From contig JAYUGC010000011.1 in NCBI GenBank assembly GCA_043767805.1, positions 1 through 41,629 on the forward strand: a stretch of DNA of 41,629 bases, given 5' to 3'. The position numbers and the translations under genes are program-made. Position 1 is the stretch's first letter; each line of letters opens with the position of its first letter. This DNA comes from Pseudomonadota bacterium. Its GTDB lineage: Bacteria > Bdellovibrionota > FAC87 > UBA2466. The notes beneath the pieces are model-generated. The model did no database searches and had not been told where the DNA came from. It saw only the letters and a list, made by a program, of their open reading frames with translations. Positions 28,596 through 36,495 of the stretch are shown here, piece after piece.

Positions 28596-29969
28596 ATGTC
28601 AAAAGGTCTAACTTACCAATTTTCACTCTATTTGTGCCTGGTGGCGCTCGCTCTCGTCGCGCCCGCGGCCCATGTGCTCGCCGAGCCGGCGGCGCAGGCG
28701 CCCGCGAAACCCGCTCAAAAGATCGTCATTCTTTGGGGCAGCATCGGCGCAGGTCATAAGACCGCGGCCGAAGCCGTCGCCGCCGAAGTCCAGAAGAAGT
28801 ACCCCGGTGCCGAAGTCATTCTTAAGGACTCACGCGAGTTCGGGAACAAGTATATCAATGCCGCCAGTCTCTGGGGTTACGACTTTCTGACTCAGCGCTG
28901 GCCCAGTCTGTATGACAAGGGCTTCACCGGTTACATGCAAAAAGGCAAGACCATGCCCATCTCGGAAATGGGAATGGCGAAGAGCTACGGTACCGAGACT
29001 GCGCTGCGCTGGCTGCACGAGCAGGAGCCGACGCTCATCATCTCCACTTACAATCCCATGACCGAAGGCCTCATCCGGCTTCGCAGTCAGGGGCATCTCA
29101 AAGGCGTCCCCGTGGGCTGGACGCATACCGATTTCGTGGATGAAGAGTATTTCCGGAAAGTGGCCAAGGAAATCGACATGACCTTTCTCGCGCACGACGC
29201 GCTGAAAGAGTCGTGGATAAAGGCGGGAGTTCCCGAGAGTAAGCTCATCGTCACGGGCATGGCCATCAAGAAGGATTTGTTCAAGCCTTTGAGCGCGCAG
29301 GAGCAGAGCGATTTCCTCGTTTCCAAGGGTCTCGATCCGAAGGTGCCGACCATCACGCTTCTCGGCGGATCGGCGGGCGTCGGTGATTTCGTAACCCAGG
29401 TGAAGAGCTTGGAGAGCTCCTTTGACGGGCCCGTGCAAATTTTCGCCATGGTGGGAAAGAACAAGCGTCAGCAAAAGAAGCTCGAGGCTCTGGCTAAGAA
29501 GCTTCGCCCCGGCATTACGCTCAAGATTTTCGGCTGGACTCCGCAGAAAGAACTTTTGCCGTACCAGCAGTCGTCTTTCTTGGTTTCGACGAAGAGCGGC
29601 GGGCTCGCGCCCGCCGAGGTCGCGTCCATGAACAAACCCATGATCCTCCTGGACATCAATGGCGGTCAGGAGCGTTACAACGCCGAGTTTCTCACTCGTC
29701 CCGGTCAGGACATGGGAGTGGCCACGGCCGATCAAACGCAGGTGGGGCCTTTGGCTCGCCAGCTCTGGGAAGATCCCGCGCGCCGGCAGGCGATCGTGGA
29801 GAACCAGATTCGTTTTGGCGAAATGACCCAGCCTGGGCGCGCGGCCGATTGGGCCGTGCAGGCGAGTGACGCGTCCGGAGTGAGATTGTCGAAAGCCGAC
29901 GCGCCTCCGGTGAGGCCTTCACTTTTGGCTACGATTTGTAATTTTGGACGGTTGAGCAGCAAGCGGTAA
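28596..29969 (+). CDS. GT28 MGDG-synthase/UgtP-like glycolipid glycosyltransferase with signal peptide
   Basis: SIGAGHKTAA, HTD, TGMAI, GGSAG, TKSGGL, GQERYNA; N-terminal LYLCLVALALVAPAAHVLA. Confidence 0.85.
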   Translation: MSKGLTYQFSLYLCLVALALVAPAAHVLAEPAAQAPAKPAQKIVILWGSIGAGHKTAAEAVAAEVQKKYPGAEVILKDSREFGNKYINAASLWGYDFLTQRWPSLYDKGFTGYMQKGKTMPISEMGMAKSYGTETALRWLHEQEPTLIISTYNPMTEGLIRLRSQGHLKGVPVGWTHTDFVDEEYFRKVAKEIDMTFLAHDALKESWIKAGVPESKLIVTGMAIKKDLFKPLSAQEQSDFLVSKGLDPKVPTITLLGGSAGVGDFVTQVKSLESSFDGPVQIFAMVGKNKRQQKKLEALAKKLRPGITLKIFGWTPQKELLPYQQSSFLVSTKSGGLAPAEVASMNKPMILLDINGGQERYNAEFLTRPGQDMGVATADQTQVGPLARQLWEDPARRQAIVENQIRFGEMTQPGRAADWAVQASDASGVRLSKADAPPVRPSLLATICNFGRLSSKR

Positions 29970-30000
29970 TCGGCGGAAGTTTATTGGGCTATAGGGGAAG

Positions 30001-33000
30001 ATGATGCAGTCAAATTACGGGATGAAACGTTTGAAAATGTTCGTGGTGACGCTGGTTCTTTTGAGCCTTCCCGCCTCCCTACGTGCGGAATCGGATCCGA
30101 AGCCGATGCTTCGCTTGACGGGGCCGGCCTCGTCGATAGTGCCGCTTCCGGACGCCGTTCCGGTAACGGCACCGCCCGCAACTCCAGTTGTCGAGCCGGC
30201 TCCCGCGCAGGACGCGGCCACCGGTCCCACGAAGCCGCGTAAACTCGTCATTTTTTATTCGACCATCGGACAAGGCCACGAGAGTGCGGCCAAAGCCATC
30301 AAGGCGCAGGTCGAAGCGCGCGAGCCCGGCACCGAAGTCGTCCTGAAGAATAGCCGAGATTTCATTACGCCGAAGTGGTGGGCCAAGTGGGATGAGCGCA
30401 TCTATTGGTTCATCGTCAAGAAGACGAACAAGTTTGAAGGCTTCTATCAGAGTCATATGAAGAGCGGCCAAGCCGCGTCGAGCCTTCAAGATCTCGGTAC
30501 GGATCTCGATCACCCCGCGGTCGCGGCTTGGCTGAAAGAGCAAGCGCCCGACGCGGTCATCGCGACCCACGCCAATTCGGCGCAAATGCTGAGTAACCTC
30601 CGTCAGGACCGGTTGCTCACCGCGCCTCTCGGCTGGCTCAATACCGATTACATCAAGGGCTACTTTCCGCGCATTTCCAAAGCCGTGGACATGAGCTTTT
30701 TACCGCACCCCGAGCTCATGAGCATCTATGAAGCCGCGGGAGTCGATCCGAAAAAATTCGCGTCGACCGGCATGCCCATATCCAAAGTCTGGACGGATCC
30801 GCCGAAGCCTCGCGCGGAAGTCTTGGGTGGCATCGGGCTCGATCCGAACGTGCGCACGATTACGCTCTCGAGCGGCGCCGAAGGCGTTGGCGATTTCGCC
30901 GACGTCGTGAAACAGATCGCGTCCCAAACGAAGGACCCCGTCCAGATCATTGCGGTCGCCGGTAAAAGCAAAGCGAACTTCGACAACTTGAACAAGCTGC
31001 TGAAGACCTTGCCTCCGCACGTGACCTTGAAGGTCTATGGCTGGAGCACGGAGCTTCCGACTTTCGTGAAAGCTTCAGACCTCTATATCACCAAAGCGGG
31101 TGGCCTTTCTCCGACGGAAGCTTTCGCCGCCAACGTTCCTACGGTGGTGATGGAGGTTTATCACGGGCATGAAGGCGAGAACGCGACCCTCTTCGAAAGA
31201 TTGGGGCTAGCGACGATTTCGCGCGATCCCAAAACCGTGGGTAAAGAAGTGCTGCGCCTTCTCGGGGATCCGGCGACTCAGCAAAAGCAATTGATCGCCC
31301 AGGCCGCGTTTCGTAAGTCCATGGATCTCACACCGGTCGTCGACTTCGCCTTAAAAAGCAGCACGAGTGTTCCGGCCGCCGATCTCGTTCCCGGTCATGA
31401 GACGGGTGCCGAGTATTCGAACGTCGCCAATACTTTCAGAAAGCTCGATTTGGATCTCCCGGCCGAGGCCGAGATTCTTTTGAGCTATCCGAAGGCCGGC
31501 TGGCCGAAAGCGGGAGAGCCCGTCACCGATGGGCATGTCGCCATCCGTATCGGTCAAGACGTGCTCGTCTTCAATCCGGACACCAAGGAAATGGAGAAGA
31601 CTTCCCTTACCGAGTACATGTACGGCACCAAGAATAAATCGGGCAAGACGGGTAAGGCGGGAGTCACGTACGGCGTGGCCTACGAGCGCGACACCCTTGG
31701 CGTGCGTTTTAGCGGGCTCGACGCGAGCCGTCTCAATGACATGTCTCAAGAAGGCTTGCGCGCTCTCGTCGGCAATTATGAGCATTCGGATCGCGGAGCG
31801 ACCGAGCTCATAGCTCACATTCTATCGAGGGCGAACCTGGGAGAAATTCCCAAGCCGAAGAAGGGCGCCATCACGCCACTCGACGTAGTGAACCACTACA
31901 TTGGGAAGCTTCAGGCGAATCCGAACATCAAATCGGTTCTCGTTAACTACGCCCACACGCCGGGCGTGGGAAAGCAGCCGACTAACCGCCAGGCTTACAT
32001 TTTAGGGATGCTCGGTTTCACGCCGAAGGGCGGCCGCGATCTTCTGACTCGGGCGAGCAAACGCGTCACCTCTTACGTCGGCGATAACTCGCTTCACTAC
32101 GAAGACATGGATGGCGTGAGCCAAGCTCGCATCGAGTCCAACACCGCGACCCTCGCGACGAGGACGAGCGAAGGCCGTGAGCCTTTCCGTCAGCAGGAGG
32201 AAAAAGTTCATGAAATGTTCAAAGGCCTCAAGGCCAAGGGCTACACGGCTCCCGAAGTCTCCAGGCGCGTGAAGGACTTCATGAGCGCGCTCAGCGAGAC
32301 CGAGCAGGTCGCCGTGCGCGAGGGCCATTTTGATACGCTTACCGGAGAAGTGGCCGAGAAGGCGAAGGCGCTCCGTGATTTCGTGACGGCCGCCAATACC
32401 GGAATGAAAGAGTTCCACGCGGCCTACGACGACTTCAACTCGAAGAAGCTCGAGCACATGGTAGAGGTCAACCACTTGCGCTTGGATTCGCTGATGGCGG
32501 AGCTGGCTTTGCGCTTGACTCCGAAAGACATGGCGGCGATCCGCAAGAAGTTCGCGCTCGCGGAGAAAGAGTACGACATTTATATGAAGAGCCGCGTGCT
32601 CTACAACCAGCCTAAGGACGTGAAGCGCATCAGCGGCGTCCGGGCGTACATGCAGCATTCGAAGGAGCTCATCCAGCAAGCCGACCGCGCGGTCCGGCTG
32701 GCTAGCGGAGAAAAGTTACCTACTACGCCCATCCTCGAACGCTTAGGCGGTCTGTTGAAGACCGTCGATCTCGTGACCGGCGCGCTTCAGATGATCGGCA
32801 CCGCGGCCATCAAGCACGGCGAGTTGCCCAACGGACAAACCCCCCTGTCCGAAGGCTCCTTCAACTTCATGGGCCGTTATGGCCGCATCGAAGGTATGAA
32901 GGTGAAAGTCGAAGGCAGAGAGAATCTTCCGGCCCCCGGTGCGGGCAAGGTCGTCAATCTCTACGCGGTCCAGCACGCCAATCCGCTCTTGGATAATATG

Positions 33001-33627
33001 GCGATGGCGAAGCTCGGTCTGAAGAACTTCGGTATCTTCGGTGCCGTGGACGACTTCGGTCAGCCCAAGTTCTTCGCGGACTGGCTCGATCAGAGCGATC
33101 ACTTCATTGCGGTCGGACGCGGGTCGGATAAGCCGATCGAAAAAGCTGTGGCGATGCTAAAGCGCGGCAAGACCAACGACTTCGTGATTTATCCGGAAGG
33201 CAGCGTCTCCGCCGGTCTCTATGAGACCCGGCAGCCGCGCGCGAAGATGGTCGATGGCCTCATCAAGCGCCTCCAGGCGGAGGGGTATGAAGTGAACATC
33301 GTGCCCATCAGTCTCCCCGACAATTATCGTTATAACTCGGTGTGGAACTCGAGCACCGTAGACCCGAACCCGAAGGACCTGAAAGTCATCGTGCATAAGC
33401 CGGTACCCCCCTCCGAATGGCAGGCCATGCAGGCGCTGTCCGGAGACACACAAATCGTTAACCATATGCTTCGGCAAACTTGGATTAACGAGCGCCCCGA
33501 GGGCGAGTCGTATGTGGCCGGTATGCTGCGTATGGACGAGCTCACCGAGCGTGCGGACCAGTACGTGCTGGGTAGCAACTCGAACCGTTGTCCTTTCAGC
33601 GCGCTTATGCGGCCGCAGGCACAATAG
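30001..33627 (+). CDS. 1208-aa fusion: signal peptide + GT28 glycosyltransferase + papain-like middle domain + helical region + LPLAT acyltransferase
   Basis: IGQGHESAA, NTD, TGMPI, TKAGGL, GHEGENA; middle GHVAIRIG; C-terminal QHANPLLD, YPEGS, IVPISL. Confidence 0.82.
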   Translation: MMQSNYGMKRLKMFVVTLVLLSLPASLRAESDPKPMLRLTGPASSIVPLPDAVPVTAPPATPVVEPAPAQDAATGPTKPRKLVIFYSTIGQGHESAAKAIKAQVEAREPGTEVVLKNSRDFITPKWWAKWDERIYWFIVKKTNKFEGFYQSHMKSGQAASSLQDLGTDLDHPAVAAWLKEQAPDAVIATHANSAQMLSNLRQDRLLTAPLGWLNTDYIKGYFPRISKAVDMSFLPHPELMSIYEAAGVDPKKFASTGMPISKVWTDPPKPRAEVLGGIGLDPNVRTITLSSGAEGVGDFADVVKQIASQTKDPVQIIAVAGKSKANFDNLNKLLKTLPPHVTLKVYGWSTELPTFVKASDLYITKAGGLSPTEAFAANVPTVVMEVYHGHEGENATLFERLGLATISRDPKTVGKEVLRLLGDPATQQKQLIAQAAFRKSMDLTPVVDFALKSSTSVPAADLVPGHETGAEYSNVANTFRKLDLDLPAEAEILLSYPKAGWPKAGEPVTDGHVAIRIGQDVLVFNPDTKEMEKTSLTEYMYGTKNKSGKTGKAGVTYGVAYERDTLGVRFSGLDASRLNDMSQEGLRALVGNYEHSDRGATELIAHILSRANLGEIPKPKKGAITPLDVVNHYIGKLQANPNIKSVLVNYAHTPGVGKQPTNRQAYILGMLGFTPKGGRDLLTRASKRVTSYVGDNSLHYEDMDGVSQARIESNTATLATRTSEGREPFRQQEEKVHEMFKGLKAKGYTAPEVSRRVKDFMSALSETEQVAVREGHFDTLTGEVAEKAKALRDFVTAANTGMKEFHAAYDDFNSKKLEHMVEVNHLRLDSLMAELALRLTPKDMAAIRKKFALAEKEYDIYMKSRVLYNQPKDVKRISGVRAYMQHSKELIQQADRAVRLASGEKLPTTPILERLGGLLKTVDLVTGALQMIGTAAIKHGELPNGQTPLSEGSFNFMGRYGRIEGMKVKVEGRENLPAPGAGKVVNLYAVQHANPLLDNMAMAKLGLKNFGIFGAVDDFGQPKFFADWLDQSDHFIAVGRGSDKPIEKAVAMLKRGKTNDFVIYPEGSVSAGLYETRQPRAKMVDGLIKRLQAEGYEVNIVPISLPDNYRYNSVWNSSTVDPNPKDLKVIVHKPVPPSEWQAMQALSGDTQIVNHMLRQTWINERPEGESYVAGMLRMDELTERADQYVLGSNSNRCPFSALMRPQAQ

Positions 33628-33684
33628 GGGTGTCATAAGGCCCTGCTGACAAGATAGGGGAGGAATGCTAATTCCTCCCCTTAT

Positions 33685-35025
33685 ATGAAACTCTTGTTAG
33701 TCTTGGTTTTGGGGTCGGGATTGGCCTTTGCGGCCACTCCTCAGGTGGCAAAACAACCGTTCCTTTGGGGCGTATCCAATTCCTCCTTTCAGGTGGAAGG
33801 GGCCGAGCCCAAGGACTCCGATTGGCTTCGTTGGACGAAGACTCCGGGCAAGATCCGGGACGGGTCCAACGCCGATCGGGCCACCGATTTCTGGAACCGC
33901 TACGAAGAGGACTTCAAGCTCGCGCAAGACGCCGGCCTCAATGCGTTTCGCATGAGCATCGCCTGGGAGCGCATCCAGCCTGCCCGCGGCCAGTGGGACG
34001 AAAGAGCGCTCGCGCATTACGAAAAGATAATCGAGTCCATGCGCAAGTTCGGGCTTGAGCCCGTAGTGACGCTCCACCACTTCGTGCTTCCCGGCTGGGT
34101 CGCGGATGACGGTGGTCTTCTTTCCAAGACGTTCGTCGCGGATTTCACCGCTTACGCGGATAAAGTCGTGAACCGGCTTTCTCTGAGCACGGCCAACGTT
34201 CATTACTGGATGACTTTCAACGAGCCCGAGATTTTGGTCCGCGGCGGCTTCTTGACCGGAGACTGGCCCCCGGGCTTTCAAGACACCAACAAGGCTGCTC
34301 AGGCCTTTGCGCAGCTCGCGCGCGCGCACATCGAAGCGGTGAGAGCCATTCGCGCGCACCGGTATGCCGAAGTTAAAGTTAGCGTCGCGAAGAACTGGCA
34401 AGTGTTCGAAATGGGCGACGCGAACCCACTCAGCTTCGCTGCCATGAAGCTTTTGGACGGCATCTACAATCAGCAGTTCCTTCAGGCGCTTCACACGGGA
34501 AAGCTTAATATCTGGATGCCGGGCGCGACCCGCATCAAGGAAACCATCGCGCTTCCCGGCGGCCGCTCGACTCTCGACTACCTCGGCGTGAACAACTACG
34601 GGCGCTGGCTGGTGAAGTTCACCACCAAGGCGCCGTATTACACGTCGGCCGTCGGCCCGGGCGACAAGAACGATCTCGGCTGGGAAATTTATCCGAAGGC
34701 CATCTACAAAGTGATTCAGGCGGCGTCGGCGTACAAAGTGCCGGTGCTCGTGTCCGAGAACGGACTTGCGGACGCGAAGGATCAGCTGCGGGCGAAGTTT
34801 TTGACGGACCACATGGAGTGGATCGAGAAAGCGCGCGCCGATGGTTACCCGGTCATCGGGTATCTCCACTGGTCGCTCACCGATAATTTCGAATGGGCGT
34901 ATGGTCTGACGCCTCGGTTCGGCTTGGTCGAGATCGACTACGCGACCGGAAAGCGCTCGCCGCGTCCTTCCTTCGGGACCTATGCGGGGCTCGTTCTGAA
35001 GTATAAGAAGCTTCACCGCGAGTAG
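33685..35025 (+). CDS. Exported GH1 beta-glycosidase
   Basis: FLWGVSNSSFQVEG, RMSIAWERI, TFNEP (acid/base), SENG (nucleophile), DNFEWAYG..PRFGL; signal peptide ending AFA. Confidence 0.93.
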   Translation: MKLLLVLVLGSGLAFAATPQVAKQPFLWGVSNSSFQVEGAEPKDSDWLRWTKTPGKIRDGSNADRATDFWNRYEEDFKLAQDAGLNAFRMSIAWERIQPARGQWDERALAHYEKIIESMRKFGLEPVVTLHHFVLPGWVADDGGLLSKTFVADFTAYADKVVNRLSLSTANVHYWMTFNEPEILVRGGFLTGDWPPGFQDTNKAAQAFAQLARAHIEAVRAIRAHRYAEVKVSVAKNWQVFEMGDANPLSFAAMKLLDGIYNQQFLQALHTGKLNIWMPGATRIKETIALPGGRSTLDYLGVNNYGRWLVKFTTKAPYYTSAVGPGDKNDLGWEIYPKAIYKVIQAASAYKVPVLVSENGLADAKDQLRAKFLTDHMEWIEKARADGYPVIGYLHWSLTDNFEWAYGLTPRFGLVEIDYATGKRSPRPSFGTYAGLVLKYKKLHRE

Positions 35026-35037
35026 CAGCTTCAAAGT

Positions 35038-35075
35038 AAAAGGGGGGAGCCTTTTCAGGTTCTCCCCTTTTTTTT
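35038..35075 (+). terminator. Intrinsic (probably bidirectional) terminator
   Basis: AAAAGGGGGGAGCCT-TTTC-AGGTTCTCCCCTTTTTTTT directly after the GH1 stop. Confidence 0.85.
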
Positions 35076-35077
35076 AT

Positions 35078-35200
35078 GTGCGCCCAGCATGGGCGTTGTC
35101 TTGTGGGTGAAAGTCCCGCCGAGAGGAGATCATCCTGATCGAAGGGAGCCGCAACTGCGCGAGGAATTACCGACGGTGGCGCATGAAGACGAGCGCTCTG
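35078..35200 (+). mobile_element. 5' fragment of a class C group II intron (no RT ORF, no domains V/VI)
   Basis: Begins GTGCGCCCAGCATGGGCG...GGGTGAAAGTCCC, the typical IIC 5' end, 2 nt after a terminator U-tract, which is the known IIC target. The 3' limit is approximate. Confidence 0.75.
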
Positions 35201-35214
35201 GAACGAGCGGATTG

Positions 35215-35278
35215 CCAAAAGGTGTGTGGATACTTTTAGCATTGAGGCTTTGGCTAAAAGTATCCACACACCTTTTGG
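35215..35278. repeat. Perfect 26-bp inverted repeat with 12-nt loop (REP-like palindrome)
   Basis: CCAAAAGGTGTGTGGATACTTTTAGC-attgaggctttg-GCTAAAAGTATCCACACACCTTTTGG. Confidence 0.9.
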
Positions 35279-35312
35279 ATCTAGCGCGAATGGGGAGTGC
35301 GTTGTGACTCGT

Positions 35313-36485
35313 TTAATAGAGGAGGAATTTGCGGCGGAGTTTTAGGAAGTCTTGGCATTCTTTTTTGGATTTGGCGAGGAAGTCGCGGACGCCGCCGGTT
35401 TTCTCGAGCTCTTCGCGTAACGCCGCGCTGCCCGCGATCAAATCGATGGGCATGCGCGTGTGCTCGTACTCGTAAGGCGGTTGCTTCCACTGAAATTTGC
35501 CGTCCTTGCCTTGGCGGTAGAATGCGGCGAGGAGCTCGATCCCGGAGCGGAAAGGCTGATAGAGCTTTCGGTTGGTAACGTGAATCTGAACGCCGCCCAA
35601 AACCTGGTCTTTTCCCTTTTGATAGGTCGGCTGGAAGTAAATGGCGCGGAAATAGACGCCGGGAAACTTCTTCTTGTTCATCTCGTCGGCGAGCTTGTCC
35701 GGATCGACGTAAGGCGCGCCAATCCACTCGAAGGGCTTGGTGGTGCCGCGTCCTTCCGAGACGCTCGCTCCCTCGAAATGCACGGTACCGGGAAATGTGA
35801 GCGCGGAAGTGAGATTGGGGATGTTCGGAGAAGGGGAAACCCAATCGCGTCCCCAGGTGTCGGCGTCCATGGGACGTTTCCAGCCTTTGCACTCGATGAC
35901 GTCAAGATTGCAGCCGATGCCGTATGCCTCGTTGAAGAGACGCGCGAGCTCGCCCATGGTCATGCCGTGGCGAGTGGGCATGCTGTACTGGCCGACGAAA
36001 GACGTATAGCCACTTTCTAAAACGTTACCTTCCACCAAAACGCCGCCGATGGGATTGGGCCTATCGAGCACGATGACCTTCTTGCCCGTTGCTTTAGCGG
36101 CGCGCATGCAGTTGGCCATCGTGTACATGAAAGTGTAAATGCGAGTGCCGATGTCTTGGAGATCGACGACAAAGGCATCTACTTTTTCGAGAAGCGGAGG
36201 CGTCGGCTCGCGAGAGGTGCCGTAGAGGCTATACACCGGCAGGTTGATCCGCGGGTCGATGAAGTCCGAGGACTCCACCATATTGTCCTGCTTTTCGCCG
36301 CGCACGCCGTGCTGCGGGCCGATGAAGCAGGTCACGTTCAGCTTCAGCTTTTTCTGCAAGACAAGATCGCTGATGTGCTGGAGCCGTCTGTCGACGGACG
36401 CCTGATTGCAAAGCACGCCCAAGCGCAGCTTACGGTACTTCGCGTGGCTTTTAGCGAGAAAGATTTCGAGCCCGGTGGCGATCAT
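35313..36485 (-). CDS. namZ: Exo-beta-N-acetylmuramidase NamZ (DUF1343/YbbC)
   Basis: NQAS, GPQHG, SLYG, DLQDIGTRIYTF, LDRPNP, RHGMTMGELA, SPNIP, SEGRGTT.PFE. Confidence 0.92.
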   Translation of the reverse strand: MIATGLEIFLAKSHAKYRKLRLGVLCNQASVDRRLQHISDLVLQKKLKLNVTCFIGPQHGVRGEKQDNMVESSDFIDPRINLPVYSLYGTSREPTPPLLEKVDAFVVDLQDIGTRIYTFMYTMANCMRAAKATGKKVIVLDRPNPIGGVLVEGNVLESGYTSFVGQYSMPTRHGMTMGELARLFNEAYGIGCNLDVIECKGWKRPMDADTWGRDWVSPSPNIPNLTSALTFPGTVHFEGASVSEGRGTTKPFEWIGAPYVDPDKLADEMNKKKFPGVYFRAIYFQPTYQKGKDQVLGGVQIHVTNRKLYQPFRSGIELLAAFYRQGKDGKFQWKQPPYEYEHTRMPIDLIAGSAALREELEKTGGVRDFLAKSKKECQDFLKLRRKFLLY

Positions 36486-36495
36486 GCTGTTTCCT

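Noticed and set aside
33697..35034. 445-aa minus-strand ORF
   Set aside because: Antisense shadow of the GH1 gene.
35089..35307. 72-aa ORF with internal symmetry
   Set aside because: It is explained by the intron stub and the palindrome, so it is unlikely to be coding.
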